This document shows positions 33,914 through 41,498 of a stretch of 41,498 nucleotides of DNA, piece after piece. Where the stretch lies: the IMG/VR virus record IMGVR_UViG_3300017700_000368, positions 1-41,498 of that record. One strand, 5' to 3'. The notes under the pieces were generated by a model. The model searched no databases. It was not told the origin of the DNA and saw nothing but the letters and a program-made list of their open reading frames with translations. This DNA comes from a virus (taxonomy: Duplodnaviria > Caudoviricetes). Made by a program: the position numbers and the translations under genes. Each line of letters begins with the position of its first letter. Positions within the stretch are counted from its first letter, which is position 1.

Positions 33914-35236
33914 TTAGCGCCCAAAGTTCATGTAACCCGTTGCGTTCTTGACTTTCGGCGCGGCGCCCTGGGTGCGCTTGATAAATTCGGTGAAAGATGT
34001 GCCGGCGGGAACTGTGACGTCACCGATGACAATGTCTTTTCCCGCGGTGCGAAGGCTTCCGACGCTGCTGATCCAGTCGGCTTTTGCCTCTTCCTTTTGG
34101 GCAATCGCCTTTTGAACCTTAGCGTAGGACTCCAGCCAGCCGGCGATATACTCGGGCGACTGGTTTTCATTGGGGAAGCCGTCTTTCATCAGGGCGATGT
34201 CCTTGTCAGACGCTGGTCCCGGAGGCAGGTCGGACAACAAGCCTTGATTGCGGATGCGGACGTAATCTTGGCGAAGCGCGGTGTAAGCGTCCTCACTGCC
34301 AGTAATGCGCTTGGCGTTCTCGGTCAACCACCGGAGGGGATTCCCGCCAACAGTAGTTGACTCGGACTTGAGCGCCTGCGCCAGCCCGACGGCGCGATCT
34401 GATGCTGTTTTTGACACCAGCGCATTGCCAACTGCTGCGGCCTGCTCTTTTTCCATGCCAGCCGACAACGAGGGCATGCCTTGTTTGCTCTGGAGCTTCT
34501 CAAGCTGGGTGTCGAATTCCAGATTGAATTTATCGCGATCCAGCCCGAGACGTGCGCCGCGTTCTGAAGTCTGACTCAGGACGTTGTTCACCTCGGCGCG
34601 GATCTTCGGTTCGGCATAACGTGCGTTGACGATTGCCGTCTGTGCGTCAGCTTTTTTCTTCTCCAGCTCTGCCGGTGCCGCATCGGCTGCGCGCTGTTCT
34701 TCGCCTTGCGTTTTGACAGACGAAAAGTACTTTTCACCGCCGGGCACCGCGGCAATTGATGCGCCGATCATGGCTCGGGCGTAATCCGGTGCCTCCTTGA
34801 TCATGTCGCGGTACATGCCGATTTGCTTCGCGCGCTGCTTGTCCCCGGAGTTCTCCGCGGCCTTGAGCTGCACATCGATGAATTCAAGGGCAACGTCAGG
34901 ACGACCAGCACTCAAGGCGCTATGAAGCCGTGACGCGTCACCGATCAGAGCTTGCTGGCGACCGCTGTCGAGACGGTCCCACTGGTCCTTGATGGACTCG
35001 CGGAACTTGGGGTTGATGGCTGCAACGGCGCCGTAATCCTGTGCGGTAGCATTGGGATTGCTCAGCACCGACTGAAGCGCGCGTTGGCCCTCGATGGCCT
35101 GCTGCTGGGCCTGCAGGGCGAGCTGTTGTTGCTGTTTTTCCATGCCGATGGCGTCGAGCGTCATGCCAACCTTCAATCCCTGCGTCAGAGCCTGCGCAGG
35201 ATCGGTCTGTAGCCCGGTGTAGTTGATGGGGTTCAC
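33914..35236 (-). CDS. DNA ejection protein (gp20-like)
   Basis: MNPINY start, Gln-rich, LPPGPASDKDIAL...GFP motif. Confidence 0.8.
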   Translation of the reverse strand: MNPINYTGLQTDPAQALTQGLKVGMTLDAIGMEKQQQQLALQAQQQAIEGQRALQSVLSNPNATAQDYGAVAAINPKFRESIKDQWDRLDSGRQQALIGDASRLHSALSAGRPDVALEFIDVQLKAAENSGDKQRAKQIGMYRDMIKEAPDYARAMIGASIAAVPGGEKYFSSVKTQGEEQRAADAAPAELEKKKADAQTAIVNARYAEPKIRAEVNNVLSQTSERGARLGLDRDKFNLEFDTQLEKLQSKQGMPSLSAGMEKEQAAAVGNALVSKTASDRAVGLAQALKSESTTVGGNPLRWLTENAKRITGSEDAYTALRQDYVRIRNQGLLSDLPPGPASDKDIALMKDGFPNENQSPEYIAGWLESYAKVQKAIAQKEEAKADWISSVGSLRTAGKDIVIGDVTVPAGTSFTEFIKRTQGAAPKVKNATGYMNFGR

Positions 35237-36264
35237 AGAAACACTCCCCTATCCATGGAGTTCTCGTAGTTCGGCGCGGACGGGTTGTAGCTGGTGCCGC
35301 TGTACTTGATGATCGATCCGATGTTTCCGAATGGATTGGTTCCTGCGGTTTTGGCTCCAAATAGCCCACCGATGGTTCCAAGCGCCCCAATATTTGCATT
35401 GGACTGTCCCAAGATACCGCCCGCCTGAGCTGCGCCTTGGGTGCCCAGGCCCCCACCCACCAGTTGTCCGGTTGTGAGCCCGGCCTGACCAACACCAGCG
35501 GCCGAGCTTTGGCCTAGGCTCGTCAATCCGCCAAGGTTGGCGAGTTGTTTGTCAATCAGTTGCTGCAGCAGAATCGGTCGATTTTTGGATAGCGCGTCTT
35601 GTGTATTGCCGCCACGAAGGCCGCCAGTTGCCGAAGCGTTTTGCAGCATCGCGTCTTCAGACTGCCGCACGATGGCCTGAAAATATGGACTGTTTTCAAA
35701 CTTTGCGACAGCCGCAGCTTGTTGCTCATCAGCGGTTCCGAGCGACGGCTGGCCGGCCTGCTGCGCAGCCAACTCAGCTTGAATTGCGGCTTCAAGACCG
35801 CTTTCATCGATAGTTGGGCCGCCCGCAGCACCACCAACCATGGGCGTGAACGTCGAGCCGCCTTCATTGTTGTCAACCCAATAGCCCTGTTGCCCGTCCT
35901 TTGCGCCTGCCACCGCGTTGACACCTACAGGTAGTTGCGGCATGGTGCCAGGCGTATTCGTGGTGTATTGACCGATGAGACGGTTGCGGATGTCGTTGTA
36001 GCTTTGCGAGCCCGCACCCCCGGAGGCTGCAGGACTCAGCGCTCCCAGGCCAAGAAGTTGACGGCTTTGATTGAGCGCATCCACACCGGTAGAGGTGTAG
36101 GGTGACATGATCCGCTGGAACGCATCGAATTGACGGCGGAATTCTGCGATTTGTTCAGCAGACGTGCCGGATTGAACGGCCGCGGCACCTTGCGCTGCAT
36201 TGCCCTGCTCGCCCGCGTTTAGCAGGCTGACCCCAGCCATTACTCCCGAGACGATGTCAGGCAT
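35233..36264 (-). CDS. DNA ejection protein (gp7-like)
   Basis: RRQFD...PY...G, NSPYF, LQNASATGGLRGGNTQ.AL; Gly/Ala-rich. Confidence 0.82.
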   Translation of the reverse strand: MPDIVSGVMAGVSLLNAGEQGNAAQGAAAVQSGTSAEQIAEFRRQFDAFQRIMSPYTSTGVDALNQSRQLLGLGALSPAASGGAGSQSYNDIRNRLIGQYTTNTPGTMPQLPVGVNAVAGAKDGQQGYWVDNNEGGSTFTPMVGGAAGGPTIDESGLEAAIQAELAAQQAGQPSLGTADEQQAAAVAKFENSPYFQAIVRQSEDAMLQNASATGGLRGGNTQDALSKNRPILLQQLIDKQLANLGGLTSLGQSSAAGVGQAGLTTGQLVGGGLGTQGAAQAGGILGQSNANIGALGTIGGLFGAKTAGTNPFGNIGSIIKYSGTSYNPSAPNYENSMDRGVFL

Positions 36265-36688
36265 GTTTGAACTCCTGAACGTAGTCTTCGAAGGATTCGC
36301 CGTAGAGTTCCATCACCCGATGCGCGTTTTTCATCGCGTTCTCAGGGCCGTGAACAATCGAAAAAACCTGCAAGACAACGTCAAAATAACCAGCACGCCA
36401 GCTATACGCCAGGTGCAGGTTTCCGCCTTCGCGCTCGGCTGTATCTGCTGCTTTCCATTTTAAGACCATTACCGATATAAGCGGTAGCAAAATCATGCTG
36501 TTTTGTATATAAAATGGGTTCGCCGGGATGCCGACCAGGCTTGCAAAAATCGCCAGGTCTTTTTCTTCGCGCGATATGTCGTCACCGTCTACAAAGTCGT
36601 CCCAGGCCTGAATGACTGCGTAGAGGTCAACAAGGAACTTCACGGCATCGGCCGGCATCTTGAGATAGGCGAATGCTTCGGGCTTCAT
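36257..36688 (-). CDS. Hypothetical helical protein with DDxxD motif
   Basis: QAWDDFVDGD, IPANPFY, WRAGY; occupies the gp14 position. Confidence 0.75.
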   Translation of the reverse strand: MKPEAFAYLKMPADAVKFLVDLYAVIQAWDDFVDGDDISREEKDLAIFASLVGIPANPFYIQNSMILLPLISVMVLKWKAADTAEREGGNLHLAYSWRAGYFDVVLQVFSIVHGPENAMKNAHRVMELYGESFEDYVQEFKHA

Positions 36689-37008
36689 GACGGCAGGAAC
36701 GTGACGGTCGGCGCCACGGTGTAGGTGATGGTGATGGCGTCACCAGAAAGAACCTGCACAGAGCCAGCAATGACGCCCAAGGGAACGGATGTGGCATTGC
36801 GGAGGTAGGCGATTTGCGAGACAGTCCCGCCCGCGACGATCAATAGGCCGTCGGCCTCGGCGGTGTAGGTGTATGGAGACGCGCCCACGGTGATAACGGC
36901 TGGATCGACCAATTGACCGCGCATCAGGCTCTCAAAGAACTTGATGATTTGCGAGTCGGCCGAAATCGTTGCAAGCTGCGCGCGAGAAAGCCGGTTTGCG
37001 CTAGGCAT
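36685..37008 (-). CDS. Short tail needle/plug-like protein
   Basis: LSRAQLA..I.FFESL N-terminus plus a small beta domain; follows gp10. Confidence 0.55.
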   Translation of the reverse strand: MPSANRLSRAQLATISADSQIIKFFESLMRGQLVDPAVITVGASPYTYTAEADGLLIVAGGTVSQIAYLRNATSVPLGVIAGSVQVLSGDAITITYTVAPTVTFLPS

Positions 37009-38404
37009 AGAGTGGCTCCAGTTCGGCTTCAAGCCGCATGAAGCCTATCGGCGTGTCATTTGCACCTCGGAAGCGAAGGCCGCGGTAGTTGTCCATCTGC
37101 CCGCACTGCTGCCAGGTGATGCGCTTGCGGTATTCCCCTCGCCTACCGGCCCCCGCGATGCGCTCGTCTGACCACGTCAACCCGTCGTCGGTGTAGCTGT
37201 AGAAAATCTGCGGATTCCGGCCATCTGGCGCACGCCCTGGCGCCGCAACCAGCTCCAGCGAGTGGATGATTGCGCCTTTGGATGCGTTGTAGAGATATGC
37301 AGTGTCGAATTGCCAGCCAACAATCTCGTCGTATTGCGTGGTGACGGTGTTTGTGACGCGGCCAATGTTGAAGGTCGTCTTGTCACCGCAAAACCACTTG
37401 TTGAAGCAGAAAACGAAGTTCTTGGCACGGTAATTGTCTTCCGCAGCCGCATCTGAGTGCAGGCTGAACCAGATAGGCTTCTGGAATTTGGCCGACCCGA
37501 TGACGTCGAACACCCATGTCTCGCTCGGGAGATGCAGATACAGGTATTCGTGATCGTCCAGCTTGCGAGTTTCGAGCAAACACAGGGCGAGTTCATCCTC
37601 TGTGTAGGTGCTGATGCGTTTTTCTATCTCGTCATCGCTGATTTTGCGGATCTGTCCACCGGCACCCATGTAAACCGCGATTGCTTCATTCCTGCCGCCA
37701 CCCATGAAAGCCAGCGTCTCGGCGCAGAACACCGCGGCACGTGTCCCGACGCAGCCTTTGGTGATCTGGGCGCCTGCGATGGGGGCAAATGGGAAGCCAG
37801 CACCGCCGACGTTGTCGAAAACCTCGATAGTGAAGCGGTTCAGGGCGTACAGCTCGTTTCGAAACTGCCGAAGTCCGACGATGGGGTCAGGGTCAACCTC
37901 AGATGAGCCGTATTTCAGCGGGTCAACAGAAAGAGGGTTGTTCAGGTCGGTGACAACGATGAATTCACCGTCCGTGCTGACCGTGTAGCCGTTGAGGAAC
38001 AGCGAATCGACACTCACGCCCAAATCAGGGTCGGTAACTTGGGTCAGCGTTGTGCCGTCCCAGTAGTACAACCGCCCCCCGGAGCCGATGATGAGGTTGA
38101 CGAAGGAGTAATCGAGCGAAACGGCCGGACCTGCGCCAACGTCACCCAACACGGTAACGACGCCTGTGCTTGTGACAGACACCAATTTCGTGCCCATCAC
38201 GCGGTAATGCACCCCATTCCAGACGATGGCGCCGCGGTCAATGCCTGGGCCTGCGGAAAAGCTCTCGATGCCCTCAGCTTGACGCAGGAATCCAATACTG
38301 ACACCGTTGTCCTTGAACACCGGGATCATGTTGCGCGGGTAACTGGTGCGAATTTCAGCTACAGCATCGGAGTAAATCCCGCCAAGGATCGAGATTTGGG
38401 GCAC
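37001..38404 (-). CDS. Tail hub / packaged-DNA stabilisation protein, P22 gp10-like
   Basis: YPRNMIPV, GIDRGAIVWNG..YRVMG.KL, YGSSEVDPDPI, SYTDDGLTWS.ER. Confidence 0.9.
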   Translation of the reverse strand: MPQISILGGIYSDAVAEIRTSYPRNMIPVFKDNGVSIGFLRQAEGIESFSAGPGIDRGAIVWNGVHYRVMGTKLVSVTSTGVVTVLGDVGAGPAVSLDYSFVNLIIGSGGRLYYWDGTTLTQVTDPDLGVSVDSLFLNGYTVSTDGEFIVVTDLNNPLSVDPLKYGSSEVDPDPIVGLRQFRNELYALNRFTIEVFDNVGGAGFPFAPIAGAQITKGCVGTRAAVFCAETLAFMGGGRNEAIAVYMGAGGQIRKISDDEIEKRISTYTEDELALCLLETRKLDDHEYLYLHLPSETWVFDVIGSAKFQKPIWFSLHSDAAAEDNYRAKNFVFCFNKWFCGDKTTFNIGRVTNTVTTQYDEIVGWQFDTAYLYNASKGAIIHSLELVAAPGRAPDGRNPQIFYSYTDDGLTWSDERIAGAGRRGEYRKRITWQQCGQMDNYRGLRFRGANDTPIGFMRLEAELEPLYA

Positions 38405-38407
38405 GCT

Positions 38408-38722
38408 TCAACTCCAGCCTTCCCCGCTGCAGATATAGAACGTGCCAGCCGTGCCGAAGATGGCCACGGTGTTCTGAGCGTCCTGCCCGGCATTGCCCAT
38501 CTTCGACAGGACGAGGTAGGTGTTCGGCAGAACCGGGCAATCGGCGGCTGTGGCTGCCGTGGTATCTGCGGAATTCTTGATGCGGACAAACATCACCGCG
38601 GCGCCGAAGTTAGCAACGAGGATCTGTTTGCTCGCACCGTCAACTGTGACGTTCTGCGATGCGCCAGCTGTGCCGGTAACGGTGCTGCCTGGCTTGGGCT
38701 GGAAGGGTGCGAGGATTGCCAT
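38408..38722 (-). CDS. Hypothetical virion protein
   Basis: Beta-rich, ends SGEGWS; AAGGA RBS. Confidence 0.75.
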   Translation of the reverse strand: MAILAPFQPKPGSTVTGTAGASQNVTVDGASKQILVANFGAAVMFVRIKNSADTTAATAADCPVLPNTYLVLSKMGNAGQDAQNTVAIFGTAGTFYICSGEGWS

Positions 38723-38731
38723 GATGAGTCC

Positions 38732-39043
38732 TTAAGAAACAGTTGCGCCCAGGGCCACGACTTTCCACGCTGTACCGTTGGAGACGGCCACGCACGCGGC
38801 GCCGGCATTGCCGTTGAGGCAATAGACCATCGCGTAGGGATTTGCCACGGCGGATGGAAGGTCGGCCAGCAGGTAGGACTTGAGCGGAATGGGCTCAAGC
38901 GTGTTGTCGATGTTGTCTTCGACGTAGGTCAGTACAGCAGACATTGGCGCCTTGCGCGTCTGTCCATTGACCGTGCTGAAGAAAACGATCTGGTCGGACC
39001 CGACAACCGTGTCTTGTGTGGTGAGTTCGTTGATGGTCGCCAT
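38732..39043 (-). CDS. Hypothetical virion protein
   Basis: MATINEL...SDQI...NGQTRK; C-terminal VAVSNGTAWK. Confidence 0.75.
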   Translation of the reverse strand: MATINELTTQDTVVGSDQIVFFSTVNGQTRKAPMSAVLTYVEDNIDNTLEPIPLKSYLLADLPSAVANPYAMVYCLNGNAGAACVAVSNGTAWKVVALGATVS

Positions 39044-39052
39044 GGGGAGTCC

Positions 39053-39508
39053 TTAAAGAGTCAATTCGCCATCAACGCCGGTCGTGAGCGGGTCGCATTC
39101 GCCGAAGTAGGCCGACTGGCGCACGTCCACCTGATTGCCGCGGCCGATGGGGAGCGTTCCCGGGTAGACCATGCGCGGGATCGTGTTGTTGGTGATCATC
39201 AAAGCGTTCTTCGCCTCTTTGCCAGCAGCGGCGAGCGTCATGGGAACCTGCTTGCCGTAGCTCGGTGCCAGTGCAATTGCCAGCAGGGTTGCGAACGGAT
39301 CAACAGCGGTATCAGGAAGGCCTGATTCCGAATCGATGTTGTCGCCCAGGACATAGCCCTTGCGAATGCCGATCCCGTCCCACATCGCAGAAAGACGGTT
39401 CAACCGATCAAGTGCCGCCTGTAACTGCTCTGGGGACGGGTCGAACACATAGGTGCCAAGCCCGATTTCTCCAAGCGCCTGCTGAATAATTTGCAATTTC
39501 GTCGTCAT
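39053..39508 (-). CDS. Head-to-tail adaptor, P22 gp4-like
   Basis: TKLQIIQQAL.EIGL, ALDRL...W, SGLPD, LA..LAPSYG, LPIGRGN. Confidence 0.88.
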   Translation of the reverse strand: MTTKLQIIQQALGEIGLGTYVFDPSPEQLQAALDRLNRLSAMWDGIGIRKGYVLGDNIDSESGLPDTAVDPFATLLAIALAPSYGKQVPMTLAAAGKEAKNALMITNNTIPRMVYPGTLPIGRGNQVDVRQSAYFGECDPLTTGVDGELTL

Positions 39509-40017
39509 ATGTGCGCCCAGTTTTTCCTGCACACGATCAACGAAACAGCCGATTGAGAAATGCCATACATTTTTGCCACGTCGCGCTGATCGGTTTTTTC
39601 AGAACACAATCTGCGGATTTCCAAGACTTGGCCCGAAGTCAGCTTGGCCTTTGCGGATTTCTCGCCGCGGACAAGGTTTTCTCTCGAAGACGCGCGCATC
39701 TTTTTGCTAAGCGCATCTCCTTTGGCCTGCCGTCCTTTTTTGACTTTGTCCAGCATGTTGTCAAGGGGAGTCCCCGCGAACAGGTGAGCGGGATTGACGC
39801 ACCACGGCTGATCGCAGGAATGGCAAACAAGCTGTCCTGGCGGCACTTCGCCCTTGTGGATCAGGTGCGAGAAGCGGTGTGCGCCGCCATACCCGCGAAT
39901 CTTGCTGTGGAAATACCCGTAACCCTTGGGCTGAAGCGTGCCATTCCATACCCAACATTCGATGCCGGGGATCTTGACGACTTTGCTTTCAAAGCGAGCA
40001 ACAAGATCTGGGGTCAT
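39505..40017 (-). CDS. HNH homing endonuclease
   Basis: CWVWNG, GYG, AHRFSH, VCHSCDQPWCVNPAHL..GT..DN, C-terminal HTH (AKLT...YGISQSAVS). Confidence 0.92.
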   Translation of the reverse strand: MTPDLVARFESKVVKIPGIECWVWNGTLQPKGYGYFHSKIRGYGGAHRFSHLIHKGEVPPGQLVCHSCDQPWCVNPAHLFAGTPLDNMLDKVKKGRQAKGDALSKKMRASSRENLVRGEKSAKAKLTSGQVLEIRRLCSEKTDQRDVAKMYGISQSAVSLIVCRKNWAHI

Positions 40018-40020
40018 CGG

Positions 40021-40320
40021 TCAGCCTCTTGCTTTAGGCTTGCGGCCTCGCCGATTACTGCCTGCGGTGGGAACCGCGTCTTTGACCGCTGCAGGCTCTT
40101 GCTCGGCCAGCTTCTCGGCTTCGACTTCCTTCTCCACCTCGGCGATCACTTCGGCCTTCTTGCCCTCGTAGGCATCGATGGCGGCAGGCATGGTCAACTG
40201 CCAGCCGGCCGCAATCGCTGCGTCATAGCTCTCGGGTGTTTCCACGCCCAGGAAGCCATAAGTACCACCCGCACGCGAATGCGGGCCGGGGCAACGATAG
40301 AGAACGGTTGGCAGATCCAT
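40021..40320 (-). CDS. Hypothetical head-associated protein
   Basis: PTVLYRCPGPH...GW, basic tail RRGRKPK. Confidence 0.75.
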   Translation of the reverse strand: MDLPTVLYRCPGPHSRAGGTYGFLGVETPESYDAAIAAGWQLTMPAAIDAYEGKKAEVIAEVEKEVEAEKLAEQEPAAVKDAVPTAGSNRRGRKPKARG

Positions 40321-40330
40321 GCTTTACCCC

Positions 40331-40927
40331 TTACGAAATGCGGTAAGTAACGAACGTGTTGGCCGCAGTCTTGCGAGTGCGGAACCGGCCCGAAGTGGCG
40401 GTTGCCACAACAGCAGTACCGACCAGCGTGTGATCCGTGGCAGCGGTCACCGTGAAGGCGTTCGCACCTGTGGCGATCACCGACCAGTCAAACGAGTCGT
40501 TGACGGCGAACGTCGAGGCAGCGTCCATCACCGTGCCGGTGGGAACCGTGCCAGCAACAGCCGCGGCAGTGGTCGAAGTGACCAGGCCACCCATCATTGC
40601 AGCAGCAGAAACGGCGCCCGTGACGTTGACAGCGACAGGAGCGGCCTGCACAAAGGTCAACAGGCGTTCATCGGTGCACGGGTTGACGCCGATGTCGTAG
40701 TACACCGGAGCCGCACCAGCATCGATGATGATGGTTGCGCCGCCCGTGTAGGGGCCGAACACGGTTTGCGTGTTGGACACCGTACCGAGAACGCCGACGG
40801 AATTGGGCTGCTGCGGGTAGCCGATGATGCGCGAGACGGTCGCGATGTCCTGGGTCAGGACTGCAACGCTCTGGGTAGCGGTCAGAGTAATCTGAGCCGT
40901 GCCGAGGGGGTAGACGATTTGGGACAT
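40331..40927 (-). CDS. Putative capsid decoration protein
   Basis: Thr/Ala/Val-rich, directly after coat; ends FRTRKTAANTFVTYRIS. Confidence 0.7.
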   Translation of the reverse strand: MSQIVYPLGTAQITLTATQSVAVLTQDIATVSRIIGYPQQPNSVGVLGTVSNTQTVFGPYTGGATIIIDAGAAPVYYDIGVNPCTDERLLTFVQAAPVAVNVTGAVSAAAMMGGLVTSTTAAAVAGTVPTGTVMDAASTFAVNDSFDWSVIATGANAFTVTAATDHTLVGTAVVATATSGRFRTRKTAANTFVTYRIS

Positions 40928-40947
40928 GATGTTTCCTTGAATTGGTT

Positions 40948-40972
40948 AAAAAGCAAGGGCCGAAGCCCCTGC
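40948..40972 (-). terminator. Intrinsic terminator after the coat gene
   Basis: GCAGGGGC-TTCG-GCCCTTGC-TTTTT. Confidence 0.85.
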
Positions 40973-40974
40973 GT

Positions 40975-41498
40975 TTAGGTCTGGTTGAACAGCATGATCC
41001 CGGTCATTTCGGGCTGCTTGTTCACGACGCCCCAGCGGGTATCCCAGCGAAACTTCGTCTTGAGCGTGTTGATGTCAGTGAACTTGGTCATCGTCAGTTC
41101 CAGGCCGTTGTCGGTCGTGCCGCGCATCACGGCAACACCGGAATTCGACGGAATCGCGTAGCGGCCCGGCAGAATTTCCAGTGCATCCTTGTGCCAGAAC
41201 GGGTTGACGGTGGCAGCGACGGTGTTCAAGAACACAATTGCCGACGTTGCTGACTTGGTGTTGATCACACAGTTCTGGTACTGCGCGCCCGCCTCGGATG
41301 CCACCTGATTTGTGATCATCGGGGGCGAAATCACCAGCGTGGTAGCGCTCGGCACAGAGATAACCCGGAACGTCCTCAGTTGGCCAGTGTCACCCTTGGT
41401 GATGTGATGCACAGCGTTCAAAGCCGCTACCGTGAAGCAGTCACCGGCCGCGACGTTGGTCGTGGACGAAATGGTGATGGTCTGGTAACGGTTATCGA
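40975..41498 (-). CDS. Major capsid protein, 3' part
   Basis: HHITKGDTGQLRTFRV...KFRWDTRWGVVNKQPEMTG; in frame with 1..868. Confidence 0.93.
   Translation of the reverse strand, partial: DNRYQTITISSTTNVAAGDCFTVAALNAVHHITKGDTGQLRTFRVISVPSATTLVISPPMITNQVASEAGAQYQNCVINTKSATSAIVFLNTVAATVNPFWHKDALEILPGRYAIPSNSGVAVMRGTTDNGLELTMTKFTDINTLKTKFRWDTRWGVVNKQPEMTGIMLFNQT
41376..41498. repeat. Terminal direct repeat, right copy
   Basis: Identical to 1-123. Confidence 0.97.

Noticed and set aside
38039-39325. 428-aa plus-strand ORF and similar long antisense ORFs (2916-3839, 9165-10016, 22940-23845, 33446-34360, 39511-40350)
   Set aside because: They lie opposite well-supported genes and show no motifs; expected in high-GC DNA.
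40927-40980. Coat read-through or frameshift into the decoration gene
   Set aside because: A clean stop, an intrinsic terminator and a separate AAGGA RBS lie between the genes; no slippery site seen.
41376-41498. 123-bp repeat as a biological terminal repeat
   Set aside because: It falls mid-coat-gene and a P22-like terminase implies headful packaging; best explained as assembly overlap.

Overview
The window is an essentially complete temperate phage genome: a 41,375-bp circle, with bases 1-123 repeated exactly at 41376-41498. It has P22-like podovirus morphogenesis genes and a lambdoid layout. The host is probably a betaproteobacterium (Burkholderiales-like), inferred from the tRNA-Leu(CAA) attP core and high GC. 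Minus strand: cro, cII-like, replication (O/P-like), nin-like genes (C5 methylase-like, NinG), then the late operon (Ntn-hydrolase, TerS, TerL, portal, scaffold, coat spanning the contig ends, decoration, HNH, gp4, gp10, ejection proteins, split tail adaptor plus depolymerase) and lysis genes. Plus strand: a short cI without a peptidase domain, the pL early operon (SSB-like, exonuclease, acyl carrier protein, ASCH, modular Ea22/Ead-like proteins), xis, int, a small operon, attP, and morons (SAM methyltransferase, 35-aa membrane peptide, PseH-like GNAT). The most notable observations are: (1) early proteins built from unrelated modules joined by DNA-identical linkers, suggesting cassette shuffling; (2) a repeated late-promoter motif plus a structured late leader RNA in a phage with no recognisable Q; (3) a phage ACP behind a structured RNA element; (4) a GNAT moron paired with the depolymerase. 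All calls are from motif recognition by eye; no database search was run.
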